From Mobula hypostoma (lineage: Eukaryota), in contig NC_086108.1 in the NCBI RefSeq assembly GCF_963921235.1, positions 106,084,001 through 106,148,000 of the forward strand: a DNA stretch of 64,000 bases, written 5' to 3'. This document shows positions 48,585-62,300 of this stretch, one piece after another (the first letter of the stretch is position 1; every line of letters starts with the position of its first letter). The notes below the pieces were generated by a model, which saw nothing but the letters and a program-made list of their open reading frames with translations, was not told the DNA's origin and made no database searches. Both the position numbers and the translations under genes were made by a program.

Positions 48585-51500
48585 CCAGTGGCCCTGACTT
48601 CACACATCATGAAGACCCTAGAGAGGCTGGTCCTGGCTCACCTCTGACCCCTGGTCAGATCAGCCCTTGAACCCCTGCAGTTTGCCTGCCAGGAACACAT
48701 TGAAGTCGACGGTGCTGTCCTGCTGAACAGTGCTGACTCCCATTTGGATAAGTAGGGCAGCACTGTGAGAATCTTTTTTTTTTGTTTTCTCAAGTGCCTT
48801 CAATACCATAAAGCCCTCAATGCTGGGGAAAAAAGCTCCGTTCCATACAAGTTGGCACTTCCATTGTATCCTGGATAATGGACTACCCGACTAGCAGACC
48901 ACAGTATGTGCAGCTTCAGAGCTGTGTGTCAGACATGGCTATAAGCAGCAGTGGGGCCCCACAGGGGACTGTATTGGCTCCCTTCCTGTTTATCCTGTAT
49001 ATATCAGTGTTAAACATAACAATGAGCCATGTCATCTGTCGGAATTCTCTGATGACTCTGCAATAGTTGGGTGTATAAAGGGAGGACTGGAGGATGAATA
49101 CAGGGTCCTGGTGGGGGGACGTTGTCAAATGGTGCAATCATCTACAGCTCAACATCAGTAAGATGGTCACAAACAAGAGAATATATGCAGATGCTGGAAA
49201 TCCGAGCAACACAGACAAAATGCTGGCAGCATCATGCTGCCTGATGGTACTGCCAGGCCTGCTGAGTTCCTCCAACATTCTGTGTGTATTGCAAGGGAGA
49301 TAGTGATGGACTTTAGGAAGACTAAACCTGCACTGCTCCTTGTTCCTGTTAATACTGAGGATGTGGATGTGGTGAGGACCTACAAGTACTTGGGGGCACC
49401 TGGATGACAGAATTGAGTGGAGCACCAACACAGAGGCTGTGTTCGAGAAAGGCCAGAGTAGCCTCTACTTTCTGAGGAGACTGAGGTCCTTTGGAGTATG
49501 CAGGCCTCTCTTTTATATGTTCTACCAGTCTGTCATTACCAGTACAATCTTCTACGCGGTGATGTGCTGGGCCAAGGGTATCAACACGGGTGACGCCAAC
49601 TGGCTCAATAAACTGATCAGAAAAGTTGGCTCTGTTATCAGAGTCAAACTGGGCACACAGGAAGCTGTGGTAGAACAAAAGACCCTTTCACCCCCCCACC
49701 ACCGAAAATCCTGGAAATTCGGGACAATGTTTCTCACCCTCTGCATGCCATCTTGGCTGAACATAGGAGCACTTTTAGTAATAGACTAAGACAATGTGCT
49801 GATCCAAAGAGCGCTTAATGAGGTCATTCTTACCCTCGGCCATTAGGCTTTATAATGAGTCAACCTGTAGCCAGGGAAGTGATGACCCCTCCCGTTAGAC
49901 TGTTTAAGATAACTTATTTATTTATTTTACTTATTTATTCTTAGACCATAAGAACATAAGACAAAGGAGCAGAATTCGGACATTCGGCCCATTGAGTCTG
50001 CTCCGCCATTTTATCATGAGCTGATCCATTCTCCCATTTACTCCCACTCCCCCACCTTCTCACCATAACCTTTGATGCCCCAGCTACTCAGATACCTATC
50101 AATCTCTGCCTTAAATACACCCAGTGACTTGACCTCCACTGCCGCCCATGACAACAAATTCCACAGATTTACCACCCCCTGGCTAAAAAAATTCCTTCGC
50201 ATTTCTGTTCTGAATGGGCGCCCTTCAATCCTTAAGTCATGCCCTCTCGTACTATGAGATCTACCCTCATTCTCCTAAACCCCAAGGAGCACAGTCCAAG
50301 AGCGGACAAATGTTCCTCATACGTTAACCCTCTCATTCCCGGAATCATTCTAGTCAAACTTGTCTGAACCCTCTTCAACATTAGCACATCCTTTCTTAAA
50401 TAAGGAGCCCAAAACTGCACACAGTACTCCAAGTGAGGTCTTACCAGTGTGTTATAGAGCATCAACATCACATCCCTGCTCCTATACTCTATTCCTCTAG
50501 AAATGAGTGCCAACATTGCATTCGCCTTCTTCACTACCGATTCAACCTGGAGGTTAACCTTAAGGGTATCCTGCACGAGGACTCCCAAGTCCCGTTGCAT
50601 CTCAGAACTTTGAATTCTCACCCCATTTATATAATAGTCTGCTCGTTTATTTCTTCTACCAAAGTGCATGACCATACACTTTCCAACATTGTATTTCATT
50701 TGCCACTTCTTTGCCCATTCTTCCAATCTATCCAAGTCTCTCTGCAGACTCTCCATTTCCTCAGCACTACCGGTCCCTCCACCTATCTTTGTATCATCAG
50801 CAAACTTAGCCACAAAGCCATCTATTCCATAATCGAAATTGTTGATGTACAATGTAAAAAGAAAAGGCCCCAACACGGACCCCTGTGGAACACCACTGGT
50901 AACCGTCAACCAACCAGAATGGGATTTCTTTATTCCCACTCTCTGTTTCCTGCCAATCAGCCAACGACCTATCCACGTATGTAACTTTCTTGTAATTCCT
51001 TGGGCTCTTATCTTGTTTAGCAGCTTCATGTGTGGCACCTTATCAAAGGCCTTCTGAAAATCCAAATATACAACATCCACTGCATCTCTCTTGTCTAGCC
51101 TACTTGTAATTTCCTCATAAAATTGCAATAGGTTTGTCAGGCAGGATTTTCCTTTAAAGAAGCCATGCTGAGTTCTGCCTATCTTGTCGTATGCCTCCAG
51201 GTGCTCAGTAACCTCATTCTTGACAATCGACTCCAACAACTTCCCAACCACCGGTGTCAAGCTAACAGGTCTATAATTTCCTTTTTGCTTCCTTGCCCCC
51301 TTCTTAAATAGCGGAGTGACGTTTGCAATCTTCCAGTCCTCTGGAACCACGCCAGAATCTATTGACTTTCGAAAGATCATTGCTAATGCCTCCGCAATCT
51401 CCACAGTCACTTCCTTCAGTACACGAGGGTGCGTTCCATCTGGTCCAGGAGATTTATCGACCTTTAGCCTATTCAGCTTCCTGAGTACTTTCTCTGTTGT

Positions 51501-52190
51501 AATTGTGACTGTGCTCACTTCTCTTCCCTGCCACCCTTGATTGTCCGGTATACTGCGGATGTCTTCCTCAGTGAAGACTGATGCAAAATACTCGTTCAGT
51601 TCCTCCACTGTTTCCTTATCTCCCATTACCATTTCTCCAGCATCATTTTCTATCGGTCCTATATCTACTCTCACCAGTCTTTTCCTCTTTATATACTTGA
51701 AAAAGCTTTTAGTATCCTCTTTGATATTATTTGTTAGCTTCCTTTCATAGTTCGTCTTTTCCCTCTTAATGACCTTCTTAGTTTCCTTTTGTAAGCTTTT
51801 AAAAACTTCCCAATCCTCTGTCTTCCCACTAATTTTTGCTTCCTTGTATGCCCTCTCCTTTGCTTTTACTTTGCCTTTGACTTCTCTTGTCAGCCACGGT
51901 TGCATCCTTTTTTCCATTCAAAAATTTCTTTTGTTTTGGAATATATCTGTCTTGCACCTTCCTCACTTCTCGCATTAACTCCAGCAACTGCTGCTCTGTT
52001 GTCCTTCCTGCTCGTGTCCGTTTCCAGTCAACTTTGGCCACTTCCTCTCTCATGCCACTATAATTTCCTTTACCCCACTGAAATACCAACACATCTTCTT
52101 AATTCTCTTCCAATATTGTATACCTGTGCACTTGTAATGCAACTGTGACACTGGAATTTCCTTTGGAATCAATAAAGTATCTCTCTCTCT
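48585..52190 (+). mobile_element. Rex1/Babar LINE split by a PLE (49168-49292) and a CR1 (49943-52095)
   Basis: SSGAPQGTVLAPFLF; LYFLRRLRSFGVCRPL..FYQSV; the 3' UTR resumes at 52096 and ends aataaagtat(ct)n. Confidence 0.88.
49943..52095 (-). mobile_element. CR1 LINE with a 561-aa open ORF2 segment (full RT domain) and a short deletion near 50253
   Basis: [45 protein letters not shown]; possible TSD TTCTTA at 49938-49943 and 52096-52101. Confidence 0.97.
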
Positions 52191-54794
52191 CTCTCTCTCT
52201 CTCTCACATTCATGGGATCATCCTTGTGAACCTCCTTTGGATTCTCTCCAATTCCAGCACATCCTTTCTTATATATGCAGCTCAAAAATGCTAATGATAC
52301 TCTTAATAATACCTTATAAAGCATTAGTCTTATATTCTCTTGAAGGATGTTGAGGGATTCATGGTAGTTGTACAAATATATGAGAGGGATTGATAAAATG
52401 GATAGATAGAACCATCTCCCCACACAAGAGGGGTTGAAAACCAGAGGGCGTGGATTTATGGTAAGTGTCAGAGATTTGGTGGGGATCTGAGGAAGAAGTT
52501 TCTGGCATTGGTATAGATATTGGTTTATTAATGTCACATGTACTAAGATACAGTGAAAAGTTAGTCTTGCATACCATTCATACAAATCAGGTCATTACAC
52601 AGTGAACTGAAGTAGACAAAGGTAGAACAACACTATGTATAATAAAGTGTAACAGATACCAGGAAATTGCAATACAAGCAAACAATAAGATCATAATGAG
52701 GTAGATGGTGATGTCTAGTGGGATAAAAGTTGTCCTTGAGCCTAGAGGTACGTGTTTTCAGGCTTGGGTACCTTCTGCCTGATGGGAGAGAGGAGAAGAG
52801 GAAATGTCCAGAGTGGATGGAGCCTTTGATTATGCCGGCTGTTTTTCTGAAGCGGCAAGAAGAGTAGACAAACTCCATCAGCTGGTTTTGAGCAAATGTG
52901 TAACATCTGTAATTTTACAATTCTCGGGCACCATCCTTGAATCTATGATGATTGGCCGTTATTATGTAATTTCTTCAACAGCTTTTGACGTGGACCAGAT
53001 GATGTTTTTTTTAAAATTCAGATCTATCATTTGTACATGGAAACATACAGTGAAATGTGTTGTTTGTGTTAACAACCAACACACTCCAAGGATCTGCTGG
53101 GCGCAGTCTGCAAAGATCACCACGTATTCTGCCACCAACATAACATCCCCACAATGCTCAGCAAAACAACACAGAGCACAACAAGCAAAAAACAACAACA
53201 GCAAAACAAGTTATTTTCCACCCTCTTTCCTATCCACACTGACCAGTCCTGCAACCCCAGGGCAGGACTTCAGGCGTCTTGCATCCAGGATTCAGCTATT
53301 GGGCTTCGACCTCTGGACATCCAATTGTCCTTTGGCCTTTGATCTGTGATAGATATTTACTTTCCAGGGACGGGGGTTTGGGTGGTTTTGCCAGGCTCAG
53401 CTTTCTAATAAAAGAGTAGCTGACACTTCCGGGGACCAAAGAGTTGTTTCTGAGTAAGTTAAACTGCCAACCAATAGTCCTGCCCAGCCTCTTGTCATAA
53501 GAAAGCGAACAATGAGGTCCTCATTGGTCCATTATTTAATCGAGAAAACAATGAGGTCCACTTCAGCTTTATTAAACAATGCACTCATCTGCCCTGAAGA
53601 ATGTAACGAAAATATATCACATGCATGTGAAGTCACCAAGTAAAGAGATATTAGAGAACAGTCAGGCTTGTTAGGAATGGTCAAAGAATGACTGCAAGAT
53701 TAGAATCCATTCCTCTGCCATTGATTTCTACAATGGACGACTCGTTCATCTGCAACTTGTTGGCATGTCTTTTTCGTTTAAAGGAATTATATCTGTGACT
53801 TAAAAAACCTTTATATACTAAAAATCATTTGTAATTCAAAAATCTTTTATCAGATAGAAATCATCTGTATGTTTTAGATGCACTTTAAGATCTTCATTAA
53901 AGTTCAGAATTTCACGGACGGCAAAACCAATACCATCTTCAATATTGACCCCTGTACTAGATGGAGACTAGTCCTCTTTTTAAAGTGGAATCATTCTTTT
54001 TAGCAGCTCCTCAATTAATTTTTCAGCCCAGTTGAATTTTAGTTGCATTTCATTTGCTTGGACTCCGACAATATTGTCTTCTTTAGGGAAGGCTAATGAG
54101 GAATCAATTCGGTGTCTAAGCCCTCTGCCTTAAGAAATGAGTTTAAACTTTAATCTGCGATTGTCCTCATCCCGCCACTTCTAACCCGTACCCTGTTCTT
54201 ATGCTTGTAGAATATTTTTGGATTTGTTTCTGTGTTTTCTACCACACTTTTCTCATGCTCTCTCTTTGGCACAAATCTCATTTCCTATTTTTACTTCCCC
54301 TCTGAACTCTCAGTGTTCAGCCTGTTTTCCACATGAAAACCTGGCACCTGCTGTGTGCTCTGTTTCTGCTCTACTTTGCACTCTTTGCCCTTGGCTTATC
54401 CAGACAGCTCTGGGCCTCTGCCTCATTGGAATAGCTGGAGAGTAACTGAAATATTTTCATGTCATTTCCAGCCAAATTTTGCTACCAATTTGGTTGGGCC
54501 AGATCTGTTCTCATCACATTGAGAGTGGCTCTTATCCAACAAACTATTTTTACCATGAAGATTTCTATATCACCTTTCATGGCTATTCTAGTCCAAATGA
54601 ATTGATAAGTTCACTTTTTCCCACACAGATACTTACAGTACAGTAGTTCACTGAGCCAGGCTCCAGCAACACCCTGTTCTTCAGTGGGCCTTTGGATCAA
54701 ATGAGCTATCCCCTCCTTTCCACTTATATTACTGCAATCAAAGTTTATTTTGGAGAGTTGAAGTCACCAATTTCTCTTGTTCTATTGCTTTTGC

Positions 54795-55326
54795 AGTTTC
54801 AGGTTCCTGGGCATCACAATCTCTGAAGATCTATCCTGGGCCCAACAGACTAATGCAATTTGGAAGACCCAATGCCTATATTTCATTTGGATTTTGAGAG
54901 GATTTTGTATGTCACCAGAAACCAGCTGATTTATAGTGCATTCTAACTAGTTACATCACCGTCTGGCATGGTGGGGCCACTGCACAGGATCAGAAAAAGC
55001 TGAAGAGGGTTCTAAACTCAGCCAGCATCAGGGGCACTAGCCTCCCCACCATTGAGGACATCTTCCAAAGACAATATCTGAAAAAGGTTGTATCCATCAT
55101 CAAGGATCCCCACAACCCAGGACATGCCCTTTTCTCATTGCTACCACCAGAGAGGACGTACGAGAGGGTACAGAACTTTTTACGAACAGTTTCTTCCCCT
55201 GCGTCTAATTACTGAATGGATAAGGAACCGACCCATGGACACCACATCACTATTATTGCTCTCTTCTTGCACTGTTTATTTATTTTGCGTATATAAATAA
55301 ATAATAAAAATATTAAAACATGTCAT

Positions 55327-55363
<37 letters not shown>

Positions 55364-55455
55364 TTTATGTATCGAACTGTATTGCTGCCACAAAGCAATA
55401 AATTTCATGATGTATGTCAGTGAAAATAATCCTGATCTTGATTCTGATTCTGATT
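54795..55455 (+). mobile_element. Degenerate Rex1/Babar 3' fragment with (CA)n and a (TTCTGA)n tail
   Basis: ttcaggttcctgggcatcacaatctctgaagatctatcctgg; atcatcaaggatccccacaaccc; (CA)n at 55330-55362. Confidence 0.78.
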
Positions 55456-55734
55456 CTTATTTTCTGTAACGCTCCCTCTAAAATCTGTTCTTTGACACCT
55501 TTCCTACCACCTGGTACAACAGAACCTTCCTAAAAGTGCAAAGAGTGGATGGATTCTGTCTTTCAGAACACTATAACTCAACCATTGTGTTATTCTCCTT
55601 AATCCATACTGCCATTCCCTTTATTGTTTAATCCTGCCTCATATTTTCCTGAATACCTTTAAAGCAGCAGAGTGGCATAGCTACCAGAGATGTTCCCTTA
55701 CAGCCCCAATAACCCTGGATTGACAAGGACTCTG

Positions 55735-55930
55735 GGAGGCAGGGTAGTATAGTGGTTAGCGTAAAGCTTAATTAACTGTAAGGTCAGGGTTCAATTCCCA
55801 AGATGGTCTCAGGGAGTTTTTATACTCTCCCTGTGACCATGTAGATTTCCTCCAGGTGCTCTGGTGTCTTCCCACATTTCAAAGACGTACAGGTTCGGGT
55901 AAGTGAGTTGTGGGCATGCATGTAGAGAAG
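55735..55930 (+). mobile_element. tRNA-derived SINE 5' part
   Basis: TAGTATAGTGG A-box, GGTTCAATTCC B-box, core ctccctgtgaccatg. Confidence 0.75.
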
Positions 55931-56084
55931 TGTGAGGGTATGCTGCAGACAGCCCATACGTGTCATCATGCTTTCTGCACCAAAATAGGATGCCTGCAAA
56001 TTACTAATCATTATTAATCTGTACACATTTGGAATGTGGGAAGAAATTGGAGCACCTGGCGGAAACCTACATAGTTTATTATTA

Positions 56085-57478
56085 GCAATTATTGGCCTGT
56101 AAGTTTGATATCAGTGGTGGGTAAATTAATGGAAAGTATTCTTAGAGATGGTATATGTAATTATCTGGATAGGGTCTGATTAGGAACAGTCAACATGGAT
56201 TTGTGCGTGGAAGGTCACGCTTGACAAATCTTATTGAATTTTTTTGAAGAGGTTACTAGGAAAGTTGACGAGGGTAAAGCAGTGGATGTTGTCTATACAG
56301 ACTTCAGTAAGGCCTTTGACAAGGTTCCACACGGAAGGTTAGTTAGGAAGGTTCAATCGTTAGGTATTAATATTGAAGTAGTAAAATGGATTCAGCAGTG
56401 GCTAGATGGGAGATGCCAGAGAGTATTGGTGGATAACCATTTGTCAGGTTGGAGGCCGGTGACTAGTGGTGTGCCTCAGGGATCTGTATTGGGTCCAATG
56501 TTGTTTGTCATCTACATTAATGACCTGGATGATGGGGTGGTAAATTGGATTAGTAAGTATGCAGATGATACTAAGATAGATGGCGTTATGGATAATGAAG
56601 CAGGTTTTCAAAGCTTGCAGAGAGATTTAGGCCAGTTTGAAGAGTGGGCTGAAAGATGGCAGATGGAGTTTAATGCTGATAAGTGTGAGGTGCTACATTT
56701 TGGTAGGACTAATCAAAATAGGACATGCATGGTAAATGGTAGAGCATTGAAGAATGCAGTAGAACAGAGTGATCTAGGAATAATGGTGCATAGTTCTCTG
56801 AAGGTGGAATCTCATGTGGATAGGGTGGTGAAGAAAGCTTTTGGAATGTTGGCCTTTATAAATCAGAGCATTGAGTATAGGAGTTAGGATATAATGTTGA
56901 AATTGTACAAGGCATTGGTGAGGCCAAATTTGGAGTACTGTGTACAGTTCTGGTCACTGAATTATAGGAAAGATGTCAACAAAATAGAGAGAGTACAGAG
57001 AAGATTTACTAGAATGTTACCTGGGTTTCAGCACCTGAGTTACAGAGAAAGGTTGAACAAGTTAGGTCTTTATTCTTTGGAGCGTAGAAGGTTGAGGGGG
57101 ACTTGATAGAGGTATTTAAAATTATGAGGAGGATAGATAGAGTTGACGTGGATAGGCTTTTTCCATTGAGTGTAGGGGAGATCCAAACAAGAGGACATAA
57201 GTTAAGAGTTAGGAGGCAAAAATTTAGGGGTAACACGAGGGGGAACTTCTTTACTCAGAGAGTGGTGGCTGTGCGGAACAAGCTTCCAGTAGAAGTGGTA
57301 GAGGCAGGTTCAATATTGTCATTTAAAGAAAAATTGGATAGCTATATGGACAGGAAAGGAATGGAGGGTTATGGGCTGAGTGCCGGTTAGTGGGACTAGG
57401 TGAGAGTAAGCGTTCGGCACGGACTAGAAGGACCAAGATGGCCTGTTTCCGTGCTGTAATTGTTATATGGTTATATGG
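56085..57478 (+). mobile_element. 5'-truncated CR1 LINE inserted in an antisense SINE
   Basis: ORFs 56234..56887 (DFSKAFDKVPH, QGSVLGP, YADD), 56894..57106 and 57103..57390; (GTTATATG)n tail. Confidence 0.95.
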
Positions 57479-57684
57479 TCATGGGGAGAGGGTACAAATT
57501 TCTTTAGGGACAATGGTAGGAGTTGAATGCCAATCAGTGCGAAATATTATAGTACAATCTCACCAACTTCATATAACATTACAATCAGAATCTCTAAAGA
57601 GGGAATTTAATATATACAATGGGTCATAGCATGGTGGTGTCTTAGTTTTGGAGTTGGATCTCCATCTATAATTGCATGATTCTA

Positions 57685-58257
57685 AACTCAATGGCCACTT
57701 TATTAGATATCTGTATTTAATAAAGTGACCACTGAGTGTATGTTCATGGTCTTCTGCTGCTGTAGCCCATCCACTTCAAGATTTGATGTGCTGTACATCC
57801 AGAGATGCTCTTCTGCACACCACTGTTGTAAGGTGTGGTTATCTGAATTATTGTTGCTTCCCTGTCAGCTTGAACCATTCTGGCCATTTTCCTCCCACCT
57901 CTGTCATGAACAGGGTGTTTTCACCCACGGAACTGCTGCTCACTGGAGGTTTTACTGCTTTTGTTTTTTGCCGCATTCTCTGTAAACTCTAGAGACTGCT
58001 GTGTATGAAAACCCCAGGAGATCAGCAGAGTCTGCAATACTCAAACCACTCCATCTGACACCAACAATCATTCCACAGTAAAAGTCACTTAGATTACATT
58101 TCTTCGCTATTCTGATGTCTGGTCTGAATAACAACTGAAGCTCTTGACCATGTCTGCATGCTTTCATGCATTGAGTTGTTGCCACATGACAGGCTGGTTA
58201 GATATTTGCATGAACGAGCAGGTGTACAGGTGTACCTAATGAAGTGGTCCCTGAGCG
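57685..58257 (-). mobile_element. Internally deleted Tc1 with a terminal TIR hairpin
   Basis: AKKCNLSDFYCGMIVGVRWSGLSIADSADLLGFSYTAVSRVYREC; hairpin at 57685-57738; lone TIR remnants also at ~58450-58480 and ~59354-59390. Confidence 0.92.
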
Positions 58258-58964
58258 TATTTTACAATGCAATTAATCTTGTCTTGTAATTATACATGCG
58301 TAATGTGTAATTTAGTTTACCAAGTAGATTTACTTAATCAGTGATAATTTTTCCAGAAAAGTGGTTTCCTTTTCACTTACTTGTCACTGCATAGCAAAAG
58401 CTTCTCAAACACTTATTTGTTTGGTGAACACTGATATCGGCACAGCAAACAGGTGTACCTAATAAATTGGCTACTGAGTACTTTACCACTTCGAAATGGG
58501 GTCTTGACAATGAATAAGTATTTATAGGACTCTGTAAAGGGAATGAAAGCATCAAGCTTGTCTGGTGTTCCTTCTAGTGGAGAGTATGAAACAAATAGCC
58601 ACTTACCAGGCAGTGAAATTATATGATTCTCAGCTGAGCAAAATTGAGGCCCATATTTTCCTAGTGCTGGAAGCAATGTGCAAACCCGATCAACTGGCTG
58701 CAGACATTGATATTTTCTGGGCAATTTCAGTCATCATCTGCCAGCAGCTGCCTTCCCTGTTGGACTAGCTGAGCTAGAGGAAAAGGCAGAGGTAGCATTC
58801 AGTCAATAAATGGATCTGGAAGCTGGCATTTACAGACCCACTTTCACCTTGACTTTCTGGTTCGAGTTGCTAGCTGTGCACTGGCATTAAGGCAAAGCAT
58901 GAAAGGCACCCTCTGAAAAGTCAATGTGTTACATTGAGTAGTGTGTGTCATTCCCGTGCAATGA

Positions 58965-59335
58965 TATATTTATTTATTTAGAGATACAGAACGGAACAGG
59001 CCCTTATGGTTCCATGAGCTGCACTGCCCAGAAACCCACCTACTTTCATTTTATTTTACTGACTAGACAGCACAGAACAGGTCCTTCCAGGTCTCTGAGT
59101 CACGCCGTCCAGCAATCACCCAGTTTAATCCTAGTCTAATCACAGGACAATTTACAATGACCAATTAACCTACCAATGAGTACATCTTTGCAATGTGGAA
59201 AGAAACCGGAGCATTAAGAGGAAACCCACACGCACACGGGAAGGATGCACAATCTTCTTACAGATGGTGCTGGCGTTGAACTCTGAGCTCTGACGCCCTG
59301 AGCTGTAATAACATCATGCTAATTGCTACACTGCC
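58965..59335 (-). mobile_element. tRNA-derived SINE(s)
   Basis: atttatttatttagagatac tail; ggacaatttacaatgaccaattaacc..ggaaacccacacg core. Confidence 0.75.
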
Positions 59336-62300
59336 TTGGATCCCCAACTCAGTCTCAGTGGCCACTATACTAGGTACACCTGTACACCTGATTGCTGTAC
59401 AGATATCAGTGCTCACAAAATGAATTATTGTTTGGGAAACTTGAGCTATGCAGTGGCAAGGTTTTATTATTGTCACCTGTACTAGGATGCGATAGACCGT
59501 AAAACCATAAGATATAGGAGCAGAAGTAGGCCATTCAGCCCATCGAGTCTGCTCCACCATTCAATCATGGGCTGATCCAATTCTTCCACTCATCCCCACT
59601 CCCCTGTTTTCTCCCCACACCCTTTGATGACCTGGCTAATCAAGAACCTACCTATCTCTGCCTTAAATACACCTAGTGACTTGACCTCCACGGCCTTTCG
59701 TGGCAACAAATTCCACAGATTTACCACCCTCTGAATAAAGTAATTTCTCCACATCTCTGTTCTGAATAGACGTCCTTCAATCTTGAAGTCATGCCCATTT
59801 TTCCTAGACTCCTCTACCATGGGAAATAACCTTGCCATATCTAATCTGTTCAGGCTTTTTAACATTTTAAATGTCTCCATGAGATACCCCCTCATTCTCC
59901 TGAACTCCAGGGAATACAGCCCAAGAGCTGCCAGACATTCCTCATATGGTAACCCTTTCATTCCTGGAATCATTTTCGTGAATCTTCTCTGAACCCTCTC
60001 CAATGTCAGTTTATCCTTTTTAAAATAAGGAGTCCAAAATTGCACACAATATTCCAAGTGTGATCTCATGAGTGCCTTATAGAGCCTTAACATCACATCC
60101 CTGCTCTTATATTCTATACCTCTAGAAATGAGTGCCAATGTTGCGTTCACATTCTTCACCACTAGCTCATCCTGGAGGTTAACCTTTAGAGTATCCTGCA
60201 CAAGGACTCCCAAGTCCCTTTGCGTCTTTGTATTTTGAATTCTCTTCCCACCTAAATAATAGTCTACCCGTTTTTTTCTTCCAACAAAGTGTATGACCAA
60301 ACACTTTTCAACATTGTATTTCATTTGCCAGTTCTTTGCCCATTCCCCTAAACTATCTAAGTCTCTCTGCAAGGTCTGTGTTTCCTCAAATCTACCTGCT
60401 CCTCCACCTGTCTTTGTATCATCGGCAAATTTAGCCACAAATCCATTAATTCTACAGTCCAAATCATTGACATACATTGTAAAAAGCAGCGGTCCCAACA
60501 CCGAACCCTGTGGAACTCCACTGGTAATTGGCAGCCAACCAGAATAGGATCCCTTTACTTCCACTCTCCATTTTCTGCTGATCAGCCAATGCTCTACCCA
60601 TGTTAGTAACTTCCCATAATTCCATGGACTCTTATCTTGTTAAGCAGCCTCATGTGTGACACCTTGTCAAAGGCCTTCTCAAAATCCAAGTACACCACAT
60701 CTACTGCATCATCTTCGTCCACCCTACTTGTAATTTCATCAAAAAAATTACAGTAGGTTTGTCAGGCAAGAGTTTCCTTTCAGGAAACCATGCTGGTTTT
60801 GGCCTACCTTGTCATGTGCCTCCAGGTACTCAGTAATCTAATCCCTAACAATCAATTCCAACAACTTCCCAACCACTTGATGTCAGGCTAACAGGTCTAT
60901 AGTTTCATTTCTGCTGCCTCCCAGCCTTCTTAAATAATGGAATAACATTTGCAATTTTTCAGTCATCCAGTACAATGCCAGAATCTATCGTTTCTTGAAA
61001 GATCATTGTTAATGCCTCTGCAATCTCTCCAGCTACTTCCTTCAGAACCCAAGGGTGCATTCTATCAGGTCCAGGAGATTTATCCACCCACAGACAATTA
61101 AGCTTCCTGAGCACCTTCTCATTTGTAATTTTCACTGCGCATACTTCACTTCCCTAACACTCTTGAATGTCTGGTATACTGTAGATGTCTTCCACTGTGA
61201 AAACCGATACAAATTACACATTTAGTTCCTTTGCCATCTCTGCTTCTCTCATTACGGTAAGTCCAGCATTATTTTCTATTGGTCCTATATCTACCCTCAA
61301 CTCTGTTTTACTCTTTATATACTTAAAAAAGCTTTCAGTATCTTCTTTGATATTAGTCGCCAGCTTCCTTTCATAATTCATCTTTCCATCCTAATGACCT
61401 TCTTAGTTTCCTTCTGCAAGTTTTTATAAGCTTCCCAATCCTCTAACTTCCCACTAGTTCAGGCTTCCTTGTATGCCCTCTCTTTTGCTTTTACATTATC
61501 TCTGACTTCAGTTGTCAGCCATGGTAGTGTCCTCCTTCCATTTGAAAATTTTTTCTTATTTGGAATATATCTGTCTTGCACTTCCCTCATTTTTCACAGA
61601 AATTCCAGCCATTGCTGCTCTGCTGTCCTTCCTGCTAGTGTCCCTTTCCAGTCAACCTTGGCGAGTTCTCCTCTCATGCCATTGTAGTTTCCTTTATTCC
61701 ACTGAAATACCAACGCATTGGAATTTAGTTTCTCCTTCTCAAATTTCAAAGTGAACTTGATCATATTGTGATCACTGTTCCTTAAAGGTTCCTTAAACTT
61801 AAGCTCTCTTATTACCTCTTGATCATTGTACAACACCCAATCCAGCACAGCCGATCCCCTGGTGGGCTCAACAACAAGCTGTTCTAAAAAGCCATCCTTT
61901 AGACATTCTACAAATTCTCTTTCTTGAGGTCCAGTACTGACTTGGTTTTCCCAATCCACTTTTATGTTAGAATCCCCAAAGATTATCATGAAACTGCCCT
62001 TCTGACACACCCTTTCTATCTCCTGCTGTAATTTGTAATCCACATCCTGGCAACTGTTTTGAGGCCTGTATACAACTGCCATTAGGGTCCTTTTACCCTT
62101 ACCATTTCTCAACTCAATCTATAGAGACTCTACACCTTCCAATCCTATGGCATCCCTTTCTAATGATTTAATATTATTTCTTATACACAGGGCCATACCA
62201 CCCCTTCTGCCTACTAACCTGTCTTTCTGATACACTGTATATCCTTGGACATTCAGCTCCCAATGGCAGCCATCCTTAAGCTAAGTTTTGGAGATTGCCA

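Noticed and set aside
50232..51917. 561-aa RT ORF as a host gene or a retron/DGR-like system
   Set aside because: It is colinear with other CR1 ORF2 copies, 5'-truncated, nested in a Rex element and has a CR1 tail; no accessory genes
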